DNA of 35,288 nucleotides from Macrostomum lignano. Lineage: Eukaryota. Of the stretch, positions 22,121-33,297 are shown piece by piece. The notes under the pieces are model-generated. The model was not told the DNA's origin. It saw only the letters and a list, made by a program, of their open reading frames with translations, and made no database searches. The translations under genes and the position numbers were made by a program. How positions within the stretch are numbered: the first letter of the stretch is position 1; each line of letters opens with the position of its first letter. The stretch lies in contig NIVC01004775.1 of NCBI GenBank assembly GCA_002269645.1, positions 1 through 35,288 on the forward strand. Reading direction: 5' to 3'.

Positions 22121-22362
22121 TTCTCAACCGTGCATTCCCATGTGCAGATTGCGAACTTCTGGAATCTGCATTCCGGCAGTTGGAGGAGCCCAAAAGCCTG
22201 ACACTGTCCCATACCGACCCATTGCATGATGTAGTCACACAGCTACAACTTGTGTGATCGCTGAAAGCTATAGAGAGTCTCCGTATTAACGTGGTTCATT
22301 CTATAAGAATTTACTTCAAATAAGAGAGTTTTATTGACATAAGTTCCCGAAGGATTCAGTCG

Positions 22363-23332
22363 ACAGCTACAACTACAACTACAACACCAACTACAGCTAC
22401 AACCCAAACAACAACCACTGCACAAACCGCATTTCATGGTAAGTTGAGCATGAGATCTTCCGATCTAAATGCCGGGTCATGGGTGCCATTAGCGAACACT
22501 GTATCAGATTATAGCAATACAACACACGGAACTCCCTCCAGCTCCTCCGTCGGACTCGAGCAACCAAACTGGATCAGTGCAGACTTTCACTCCGCCGACC
22601 GACGGCTGCTATCGAATCTCGGCTTGGGGCGCCAGAGGCGGCAAGTCATCCGCTAACGCGAACGGCGGCAGAGGCGCATTCAAGAGCGCCAATTTCATGC
22701 TGACCACGTCGCAAACTCTCACGCTTGTTGTTGGCAAGCCGGGAAACAGCGGCAGCAGCGGCGGAGGAGGCGGAGGAGGCGGAGGAGGCGGCAGCTTTGT
22801 GTACACAACCGGCCCCAACACGCTGCTGCTGGCGGCCGGTGGCGGAGGAGGCGGCGGCGCCGAGTCTTCCTCGTCGATCGGCAGAAACGGAACAAGCAGC
22901 ACCGAAGGCTCTTGCGGCACATCAGACGGACAAGGCGGTGACGGAGACAGCAACGATAACTCTGGCGCGGGCGGAGCTGGCTGGAGCTCAGATGGAGCAG
23001 CTCAAGCCACTGGCAATGGCGGAGGCCACGGTGGAAGAGGCATCGGCGGCAGCTGGGCCGGAGGCAACGCAGGGACGGGTAGCAACGGCTTCGGCGGCTT
23101 CGGCGGAGGCGGTGGAGGCGGCAACAACGATGGTGACAATGGAGGCGGCGGCGGAGGCGGCGGCTTCTCTGGCTGTTGCGGAGGATCCGGCGACAGCGAT
23201 GACGGCTACGGAGGCGGCGGCGGCAGCTACGCGAGCTCATCCGGCAAGCAGGCCACGGGAGCGACCGGCGGCAACGGTGAAGTCTTCGGCAAGGTGAACA
23301 TCGCTCAGGTGGACGGCTCTCTGTGCAGTTAA
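22363..23332 (+). pseudogene. Glycine-rich gene copy 3, 5'-deleted (no ATG, signal peptide or PAN domain); intron and exon 2 intact
   Basis: Only the end of the Thr stalk remains (22363-22438). Donor at 22439, acceptor at 22540-22541, exon 2 at 22542-23332 open to TAA. Confidence 0.8.
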
Positions 23333-24540
23333 CATGAGCACTCAGTCATTAGTTTGCTACTGTTTAAAAAATACAGGAAAATAAGGGGCTTGTGAATTGG
23401 ATCAACTATTTGAAGGAACGCCGTTTTTTATTAATTTCATGTTTTAATGTACCAACCGACAAACTGACTAACTTCCTTTGATGGTATAAATTAGATTTCT
23501 TCCTTTTTGAGTATATTTATGATTAAATATTTTTATTATATTTAATTTTGCTTGCAACCTAGGGTGATCGATCTTTCTAATTAAATATTGAATATAAAAT
23601 TCGTTTATTCACAAAGCCAGCCAAGCTTTGTTTGACTTTCTCTGCTGGTTTTGTGCTGTTCAGTTGTGAATTATGATTTATGCAGCCATGGCCATATTTG
23701 CCGTAATCCACTGACCCATGTTAATAAGCTTGAGTGCTTTGTCTGAAAAATTAAACTTTTTTTCTTGAAAGACTTGATCCTTTCTCTGAACGTTTTCATG
23801 TAAAAAGCTATCCGAGTTTTGCTACTTACAGTAGGGTGACACGTATTTCTGAACTGGTTTTGTTGAACTGGAATAAACGGGCGAGTCAGTCTGATGCAGT
23901 GATTATTCTTTAAGTTTTTTTCTAAAGGAAAGATCATTCGAGTTCTGTAGTCAATCAGCTGCCACTGGCCCCAATCCCTCAAACTATGATACTGCTGGCA
24001 TGGGAGTTTCGTTTAGAAACCGTAACTAAAACACTTGTAGAACACCCCAGCTGATGGGCGCTTTTTCCCACATAATGTTTGCTCTGGCTCGATCACAGAC
24101 TTGAATCGCCAGCACGGGCTGCTACCATTTATTTTCATCGGCTTGTAGCTGAAAGATGCGATGCGCATAGGAAATGCTAGCACTCGTAGAAAAAATTAAA
24201 GTTGAGCTTGATAAACACATTTTGGCGTTTGTCAGCCACGAACCAATAAGCCAGTGATCCGTCTCAGCCATAACAGTGGCGTTGCAGCGACTCTAACCGG
24301 ACGCAATGAGCAAGGAGCCAGCCAAAACAGCAGGCGATCCAACAAAGTCTGCGGGACGAGGGAGAGCCAAGTCGGCTACAATCTCTGCAAGCCGCAATGG
24401 AGCAGCTCGGCCAAGAAGAAGAAGGCGTCAGGTAAGCCTGGAAGCAAGTCGTTCAGTGATTCGTACAGCAGGTTCATGACATTGCCGGGATATTTGCAGC
24501 GGAGACACGCGCGGCTCTCAAGTGGAGATGAATTACTCAA

Positions 24541-25730
24541 TGTGCCCTTCAACTCTGCCCTTCAACTGTATCCTTCCACTGTGCCCTTCCACTGTGCACT
24601 TCAACTGTGACATTCCACTGTGCCCTTCAACTGTACCCTTCCACTGTATCCTTCCACTGTGCCCTTCCACTGTGCCCTTCAACTCTGCGAACCCACTGTA
24701 CCCTTCCACTGTACCCTTCCACTGTACCCTTCCACTGTGCCCTTCCACTGTGCACTTCAACTGTGACATTCCACTGTGACATTCCACTGTACCCTTCCAC
24801 TGTACCCTTCCACTGTGCCCTTCCACTGTGCACTTCAACTGTGACATTCCACTGTGCCCTTCCACTGTACCCTTCCACACTGTGCCCTTCCACTGTGCCC
24901 TTCCACTGTACCCTTCCACACTGTGCCCTTCAACTGTGACATTCCACTGTGCCCTTCCACTGTGCCCTTCCACTGTACCCTTCCACACTGTGCCCTTCCA
25001 CTGTGCCCTTCAACTGTGACATTCCACTGTGACATTCCACTGTGCCCTTCCACTGTGCCCTTCCACTGTGCCCTTCCACTGTGACATTCCACTGTGCCCT
25101 TCCACTGTGCCCTTCCACACTGTGCCCTTCCACTGTGCCCTTCAACTGTGACATTCCATTGTGACATTCCACTGTGCCCTTCCACTGTGCCCTTCCACTG
25201 TGACATTCCACTGTGACATTCCACTGTGCCCTTCCACACTGTGCCCTTCAACTGTGACATTCCACTGTGCCCTTCCACACTGTGCCCTTCCACTGTGCCC
25301 TTCAACTGTGACATTCCACTGTGACATTCCACTGTGACATTCCACTGTGCCCTTCCACTGTGCCCTTCAACTGTGACATTCCACTGTGACATTCCACTGT
25401 GACATTCCACTGTGCCCTTCCACTGTGCCCTTCCACACTGTGCCCTTCCACTGTGCCCTTCAACTGTGACATTCCACTGTGACATTCCACTGTGCCCTTC
25501 CACTGTGCCCTTCAACTGTGACATTCCACTGTGACATTCCACTGTGCCCTTCCACTGTGCCCTTCAACTGTGACATTCCACTGTGACATTCCACTGTGCC
25601 CTTCCACTGTGCCCTTCAACTGTGACATTCCACTGTGACATTCCACTGTGCCCTTCCACCGTGCCCTTCCACTGTGCCCTTCAACTCTGCGAACCCACTG
25701 TAACCTTCCACTGTACCCTTCCAATGTGCC
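24541..25730. repeat. 13-bp minisatellite (CCACTGTGCCCTT / CCACTGTGACATT / CAACTGTGACATT)n
   Basis: Tandem 13-mer variants. Confidence 0.96.
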
Positions 25731-26401
25731 CAGCACTGATCGCACAGCTTTTAGATCCTTCCAAAGCCTGACTCAAGCGTGAAGAAGTCACAGAGCCATA
25801 ACGTTGCTATAGAGAGTAAATAGCTCATATTAACGTGTTTCAGTTTATTAGAGAAAGACTGCTTAATAAAATATACTCGAATAGGTGAACGCTGCCTTTT
25901 GCTAGAGAATTTAAAGAGAAACCACAGCATCAGAATGACTCGCCTATTTATTTAAGTTTAACAAAACCAATTTGCAGTTGCTAATTCACGTCACCCTACT
26001 ATAAGTAGTGAAACTTTTATATAAAGACATTCGAAAAAAATCAAATTGTACCAGAACAAAATTTTTATTTTTGTGACAAAGCACTCAAGCTTGTTACCAT
26101 GGGTCAGTGGATTACGGCTAATATGGTCATGGCTGCATAAATCATAATTCAGAACTGAGCAGTACAAAAGAGAAAGTCAAACGATAATAAATTGGCTTTG
26201 TGAAAAAAATATTTAATCAAAAATATATTCAGAAAGTAAGAAGTCTTAATTGTACGATTGCAAAGTTGCTGGTTTGTCACTAAACATCTTCCAACCCAAC
26301 ATTAATTCAAATGACGTTCCTTCAAATAGTTGATCCAATTCACAAGCCCATTATTTTCCTGTATTTATAAACAGTAGCAAACTAATGACTGAGTGCTCTT
26401 T

Positions 26402-27483
26402 TTAACTGCACAGAGAGCCGTCCACCTGAGCGATGCTCACCTTGCCGAAGACTTCACCGTTGCCGCCTGTCGTTCCCGCGGCCTGCTTGCCAGATGAGCT
26501 CGCGTAGCTGCCACCGCCGCCTCCGTAGCCGTCATCGCTGTCGCCGGATCCTCCGCAACCGCCAGAGAAGCCGCCGCCTCCGCCGCCGCCTCCATTGTCA
26601 CCATCGTTGTTGCCGCCTCCGCCGCCTCCGCCGTAGCCGCCGAACCCGATGCTGCCCGTCCCTGCGTTGCCGCCGGCCCAGCTGCCGCCGATGCCTCTTC
26701 CACCGTGGCCTCCGCCATCACTAGTGGCTTGAGCTGCTCCGTCTGAGCTCCAGCCAGCTCCGCCCGCGCCAGAGTTATCGTTGCTGTCTCCGTCACCGCC
26801 TTGTCCGTCTGATGTGCCGCAAGAGCCTTCGGTGCTGCTTGTTCCGTTTCTGCCGATCGACGAGGAAGACTCGGCGCCGCCGCCTCCTCCGCCACCGGCC
26901 GCCAGCAGCAGCGTGTTGGGGCCGGTTGTGTACACAAAGCTGCCGCCTCCTCCGCCTCCTCCGCCTCCTCCGCCGCTGCTGCCGCTGTTTCCCGGCTTGC
27001 CAACAACAAGCGTGAGAGTTTGCGACGTGGTCAGCATGAAATTGGCGCTCTTGAATGCGCCTCTGCCGCCGTTCGCGTTAGCGGATGACTTGCCGCCTCT
27101 GGCGCCCCAAGCCGAGATTCGATAGCAGCCGTCGGTCGGCGGAGTGAAAGTCTGCACTGATCCAGTTTGGTTGCTCGAGTCCGACGGAGGAGCTGGAGGG
27201 AGTTCCGTGTGTTGTATTGCTATAATCTGATACAGTGTTCGCTAATGGCACCCATGACCCGGCATTTAGATCGGAAGATCTCATGCTCAACTTACCATGA
27301 AATGCGGTTTGTGCAGTGGTTGTTGTTTGGGTTGTAGTTGTAGTCGAGACAGTAGATGATGCCGTGGTCCCGCACGCTGCCCTCCGCGAAGCACAGGTCC
27401 GGCCTCTTGTCGAAGACGAAGGTCTCACCGGCAGCTCGAGAGCTCCAGATGGCCACGATGACGGCAATGCTCGATAAGGACAT
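26402..27483 (-). pseudogene. Glycine-rich gene copy 4: PAN domain deleted with frameshift; exon 2 intact
   Basis: Exon 1 (27483-27296) is 188 nt, 3n+2 rather than 3n+1. The deletion joins CFAE.. to the AAC.. segment at a GCC microhomology near 27380. Intron 27193-27295; exon 2 at 27192-26402 is open. Confidence 0.8.
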
Positions 27484-28665
27484 TTTGGAAGGCCGTCCAG
27501 TAAGTAGGAATGAGAAGGCAGCACTGAGTGAGAGGCTGTGAGCTTGAGAATCTCAACAAACTGGGGAAGTAGCGCAGAGCCGATGCAGTCAAACTCTGCT
27601 TTAGTAGGAAAGTCTATTGTCTTGGGGCTGCCTCACGTTTCCTTGGAAACTTCGAGAAACAAACTGAAATAGAGAAAAAGAGAGCGCTCCCCCGCTTAAG
27701 TCCACCTGAGGCGGTAATTTATTGCATCGTTTGCGGGTGCTTAACAGCTGTACTGAGTTTGAGTTTGAGTTTAAGCCAAGCAAGCCAGAATTCTTATAAA
27801 TTAAACAGGTCTCCTTCTTTGCTTTTCTGTGGCACGCCTGCAACAAAGTATGCAGTCAATGCAAGCCTGGATGCTGACTGTTCTAGTAACATTACATGCA
27901 TAATAATGAGCTGGAGCTGCCGTCAGCCAAATGTTTAAGCTTGAGTCTCTGCCTGTGCAAGTACGTCAATACTAAATTGACTTGCATTACTGATTGCTTT
28001 GTACTTTTTGAATTAGTGCGCGCAACTTTGCAATAGAACATGCTGATTCAGTATTTTTTAAGAATAGGTAAATAAAAATATCATAGAATCGCTACTAGCC
28101 TACTAACAGTACTACTAACAGAATAAAAGCTGTTATATCTTTTTTGTGATCTAAATTTTACTTGTAATAAGACGAGTCCTTGACTAGCGAGGAGGTAAAT
28201 AAGAAGGCCGTTGCCTTTGACCGCAACGCATGGTGTACAGGAGCCCTGGCTTTCCAATCGCCAGCTGTTTAATACTATTGGTGATCATTATCACTGCAGA
28301 GGTGAATATTTAGTTCCTAGTGCGATTGCACCTTTACCTTCCTCGTTTCCAAACCCACTGCACTTGGAAGGCCTGGCGAGAGAATTCCCCAGATCCTTGA
28401 GACGCGCCCCCCCCCAACTGAGGATTTGAGAACTCAAACCTCGCCATGCCCTCCTCTACTCTTGCTAAATCGATTCTAATGACCGGCCGACAGTTGGAGC
28501 CGAGGAGAGAGAGAGAGACTTGGCTTTGGCTGGCTTTCAATCACATTTCAAGCAGGCGCATGCGCGGCCACGGCACACACGCAGCCACTCGTTCACCCGA
28601 TTCAAGTGATTTGGCTCCGCTGTCCCACTCTCAGATCAATTCTGAGAACACTTATGTACGTTTTG

Positions 28666-29030
<365 letters not shown>

Positions 29031-29052
29031 GGACTGTAGATATCTAGTCTGT

Positions 29053-29180
29053 TTGGTGCCAAGGGAGACGGGTGGCGCCAAGGGGGACCGGGTGGCGCCA
29101 AGGGAGACTGTATGGCGCCAAAGGAGGCTGTATGGCGCCAAGGGAGACTGTATGGCGCCAAGGGAGACTGTATGGCGCCA
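29053..29180 (+). repeat. 20-bp tandem array (GGCGCCAAGGGAGACTGTAT)n
   Basis: About 6 units; an inverted counterpart lies at 29740-30017. Confidence 0.9.
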
Positions 29181-29739
29181 TACCCGAGAAGACTGCGGAC
29201 CAGTTAGCTGCATTTGAGCAGCCTTTCAGTCACTCTATTTTTATAATTTCTAGAAGAAACTTTTCAGACCCCTGAACTGAGTGGTCTGGTCAGCGCAGTG
29301 ATTGAGCAGAATCTAGAAATCCCTATTTTGCTTGCAAACCCCCCGAGGAAATGCAAACTTTGGAACGCCAAAATGCAAAAGCTCGCCTGCCATTTCCCTG
29401 AACTTAAGCTTTTAGTCGCCTCAGCCAATGCCAATAAGGCTATTCCAACTGCACCAAGACAGTGATCAGGGGCGTCTAAAAATTCCATTACGAAACACGA
29501 ATCTGGAACCCGATAGCTCGTGCGGAAGTAAACCTCGATTGTTTTAAGTCAAAGAAGTCCCTTACTCCAGCCAGGGAAAAGTTCATTTAGTTTCAATTTC
29601 CGGGAATATTTTTCGGGTTCTTCGCGGCCGCTAAATCAACTCTGCAGTCAATTAACGCTCAGTTCTGTCGCTGCCCAGCGATATTCTCCAGAGTGACTTG
29701 CACTCAGGTAAGTCATAGGTATCTTGAACCCACTCTTAG

Positions 29740-30017
29740 CCTCCCTTGGCGCCATACAGTCTCCCTTTGCGCCATACAGTCTCCCTTGGCGCCATACAGT
29801 CTCCCTTTGCGCCATACAGTCTCCCTTGGCGCCATACAGTCTCCCTTGGCGCCATACAGTCTCCCTTGGCGCCATACAGTCTCCCTTGGCGCCACATGGC
29901 CTCCCTTGGCGCCATACAGTCTCCCTTTGCGCCATACAGTCTCCCTTGGCGCCATACAGTCTCCCTTGGCGCCATACAGTCTCCCTTGGCGCCATTCAGT
30001 CTCCCTTGGCGCCACCG
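29740..30017 (-). repeat. Inverted 20-bp tandem array (CTCCCTTGGCGCCATACAGT)n
   Basis: About 14 units, the reverse complement of the 29053-29180 unit. Confidence 0.92.
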
Positions 30018-30429
30018 GCTTAACCAGCCTCACCAACATTTCTCCCCCTCAGAACAGCTGGCAGAAGTCAATTTTACATCGGGATCTCCCCAAAAAATCG
30101 CATCTTTTATCCAGCCAACCAGTCAGTCAGCGCACCCTGTATTAGTACATCCGGCACACAGCAGTTTGGCTAGCGCTGGCACTGGCTGATCAATGGACTG
30201 CCAGTTCCCTGCTACAGGAGATCCCGGTGAAAACCGATGCGGTTTGGGAAAACTTGATTTTGCGGGGGGAGACAACCGAGGGCATCGAATGTGCGGCCCA
30301 GTTTTGCATTCCACCGCGCCGTAGACTGGGAGTCACCTGACCTGGGAATGGACTTCGGGAATGCCGTGAACTGGGGGTGCTGGGGGCTACGGCCGCCCCA
30401 AGGACATTTTTCTCTGCTGTGCCACTTAT

Positions 30430-30669
30430 AACTTTCTTCAAGCCCACCGACAGTCCGAGCCCTCATCAATCGCAGCTCATTCCATCCCAAGTCTACTTTC
30501 CGAGGGGGTGGTGAAGTCCCAGCTTCTCAGATACGCCTTGACGTCGCTCTCGGATGGCTGACTTCGATGAAGCTTGCACCAGAAAATCTGGTGCGACACC
30601 AGGGCTACAGCGGACGTTTCCTGCGCACGTATCAAATAAGAGGTGCTGATGGAGCTGGGCTTCTTACCC
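30430..30669 (+). pseudogene. Degenerate Penelope-like element RT C-terminal/thumb region
   Basis: Across frameshifts it reads FFKPTD..ALINRSSFHPKSTFRG/VVKSQLLRYA../ADFDEAC../QGYSGRFLR/IK*EVLMELGFLP, matching the PLE motif KPTD...S.HP....SQ.LR......F......RGY. Confidence 0.72.
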
Positions 30670-30680
30670 TCACTCATCAC

Positions 30681-31293
30681 TCACCCTCTCTCAACCTCTC
30701 TCACCCTCTTTCACCCTCTTTCACCCTCTTTCACCCTCTCTCACCCTCTTTCACCCTCTCTCACCCTCTCTCACCCTCTTTCACCCTCTTTCACCCTCTC
30801 TCACCCTCTCTCACCCTCTCTCACCCTCTCTCACCCTCTCTCACCCTCTCTTACCCTCTCTCACCCTCTCTCACCCTCTCTTACCCTCTCTCACCCTCTC
30901 TCACCCTCTCTTACCCTCTCTCACCCTCTCTCACCCTCTTTCACCCTCTCTCACCCTCTCTCACCCTCTCTCACCCTCTCTCACCCTCTCTCCCCATCTC
31001 TCACCCTCTCTAACCCTCTCTAACCCTCTCTTACCCTCTCTCACCCTCTCTCACCCTCTCTCACCCTCTCTCACCCTCTCTCACCCTCTCTCACCCTCTC
31101 TCACCCTCTCTCACCCTCTCTCACCCTCTCTCACCCTCTCTCACCCTCTCTCACCCTCTCTTACCCTCTCTCACCCTCTCTTACCCTCTCTCACCCTCTC
31201 TCACCCTCTCTCACCCTCTCTCACCCTCTCTCACCCTCTCTCACCCTCTCTCACCCTCTCTCACCCTCTCTTACCCTCTCTCACCCTCTCTCA
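30681..31293. repeat. (TCACCCTCTC)n decamer array
   Basis: About 60 tandem units. Confidence 0.98.
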
Positions 31294-32237
31294 TCCGTGG
31301 TCGCATGCTGGCGCACATCGGTGACATCCGGCACACCCGTGACACTCCGGTAGCGCGCCACTTCACCAGCGGTGGCCACAGTCTGACGGACTTCGCCTTC
31401 ACCGGCATCTGGACACGCGATGGCACAGGACCCAGAGCTGACGAGCGGCGTCAGCGCCAGGAGGCCAAGTTTATCGAGGTCCTGAGGACTCATGTTCCAC
31501 ACGGCGCCAACGAACTTGCCGGCATACTGCACAAACCGGCCATCCCGCTGATCCTGCCCCACTGTGCGACCTCCGACGCCCTGGCTGCCAAAGTGAAGGA
31601 CAGGGTGATACGCCACTGCGAGACCCCGGTGCTGCCCGCCTACACCAAGGGGAGAAGCCTCCGGACTCTGCTCTCTCATAGTCGGCTCGATCCTGCCAAC
31701 TAGGCCCCTTTTGACGCCTGTACAGAGGCTCTTTTACTGCTATTTTTCCCCTCTGTGATTTTTTCATTGACTTTATTTTGATTTATTCAGATTATTTATT
31801 CTCTGCTTTTTATTCATTTTTCTGACACTGTGTACGGTGCACCTGCATTTTTTGCTCTGAGCATTTAATAATAATTTTTATTTACCTTGTCTATTTATTT
31901 TGCCATTTATTTTTACAATTTTTATTCTACACTCAAAGGTCGTCTTGGCCCAATTGTACAGTTTTAGCCACCCCCCGCTTTTCTCATAGTCTCGGACTCG
32001 TTTTTATGTACTGACCATGCGTACTGTTTTAAGTGCTTGAGCACATCAATTTATCGATCGTCTCTCCCTGGCGATATCGCCTTTATATATTGATGGCAAT
32101 TCGCGCCAAATAAACTTCACTCGCTTACAGCCCTGACGAAGAAATTTAATTTCGAAATATCGGCTACTCAATTTAAATTGACTTTTTTCAGTCCTTTCTG
32201 ACTTTCTACCGTGTCAGTGCCCGAGATTGGAGGCGCC
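31294..32237 (+). mobile_element. 5'-truncated Penelope-like element: GIY-YIG C-terminal half, C-terminal extension, 3' UTR/pseudo-LTR with hammerhead
   Basis: Open frame to 31703: RMLAHIGDIRHTRDTPVARHFTSGGH..D...R..QEAKFIEVLRTHVPHGAN, matching the PLE endonuclease motif R..EH..I....PVA.HF...H...R...E..WI..L.T..P.GLN. Flanked on both sides by the same decamer/CT microsatellite. Confidence 0.82.
32129..32165 (+). ncRNA. Minimal type I hammerhead ribozyme motif
   Basis: AGCC-CUGACGA-A-GAAAU(UUA)AUUUC-GAAA-UAUC-GGCU. Helix I is AGCC/GGCU, the core boxes are CUGANGA and GAAA, helix II is 5 bp, helix III is the palindrome AUAU, and the cleavage triplet is AUC. It lies in a PLE 3' region. Confidence 0.8.
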
Positions 32238-32274
<37 letters not shown>

Positions 32275-32457
32275 CTCTCTCTCTCTCTCTCTCTCCATCT
32301 CTCACCCTCTCTCACCCTCTCTCACCCTCTCTCACCCTCTCTCACCCTCTCTCACCCTCTCTCACCCTCTCTCACCCTCTCTTACCCTCTCTCACCCTCT
32401 CTCATCCTCTCTCACCCTCTCACACCCTCTCTCATCCTCTCTTCCCCTCTCTCTCTT
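32238..32457. repeat. (CT)n followed by a (TCACCCTCTC)n array
   Basis: Direct observation. Confidence 0.95.
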
Positions 32458-32901
32458 AATTAACTTCTCTCTCACCTTTATCTCAAACTTTTATGTACCA
32501 TCCCTCTAGCTTTATACGATGTACTTTAAACTTATAATTAAAGTACTGATATCTGCATAGCTCAATAATTGTATTAGTCTGGAAGGAAAGAATACAAATT
32601 ATAGGGCCTATTAAGAATCATATGGTAGCAAAAGTCTGGCACAGCTGTTTGCTGCGTGTCGGCGGGGGAGAGCGGCGGCGGGCAGTAAGGCTCTTGCCTC
32701 TTCTTCCAGATCCTCACTCCCCCACGTGCGCACTGGCCCTCCCCCCCCCCCTGTTTCATTTCTGGCGATTTTTGTCCAGCCAATTGGCGACGGCGAAGCC
32801 TTCATGTCGATTTTCTGTCTCCCTCCATTTCTTATACTGCCCGGGCCCCTTCTGCCTACTCCGTGACCTCCTCTCTCCGCTTCCCCCCCCCCCAACCACA
32901 G

Positions 32902-33118
32902 CGCCTCCTCGATAACTCCAGCCCCAGCAACTGCAGTCGAGGGAAAACAGACCAGTCACAGTGGCGGGCAGGGCAGGCAGGCTTTAAAGAAAATTCCCGA
33001 ATCGCTATACAAAGATGACGGCTGCACACTAAATCTCGCGGCTGGCCAACTGAATCTCAAACTCGACTTTTCAATCAGCTACCGGAGTGAGGGACTGGGC
33101 ACGTCTGCTGACGAAGCG
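32902..33118 (+). CDS. Candidate internal exon of an unidentified gene
   Basis: Pyrimidine tract plus CACAG| acceptor at 32900-32901, 72 open codons (ASSITPAPATAVEGKQ...LKLDFSISYRSEGLGTSADEA), strong donor GCG|GTAAGT. No homolog recognised. Confidence 0.4.
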
Positions 33119-33265
33119 GTAAGTAAGTAAGTAAGTAAGTCACTCAGTCAGTCAGACAGTCAGTCAGTCAGTCAGTCAGTCAGTCAGTCAGTCAGTCAGT
33201 CAGTCAGTCAGTCAGTCAGTCAGTCAGTCAGTCAGTCAGTCAGTCAGTCAGTCAGTCAGTCAGTC

Positions 33266-33297
<32 letters not shown>

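Noticed and set aside
22542-22700. Rescue of orphan exon 2 by spliced-leader trans-splicing supplying an AUG
   Set aside because: An AUG joined at this acceptor would be out of frame with the Gly-rich domain (the exon starts in phase 1) and soon meets a stop.
24306-24540. Histone H2B-like N-terminal tail
   Set aside because: The peptide is basic but no histone-fold sequence follows in any frame.
30071-30088. ILHRDL resembling a protein kinase catalytic loop
   Set aside because: No following K/xxN, no DFG or other kinase motifs, and a stop shortly after; judged a coincidence.
33108-33114. Second CUGACGA hammerhead box
   Set aside because: There is no downstream helix II or GAAA box; it runs into the splice donor and microsatellite.
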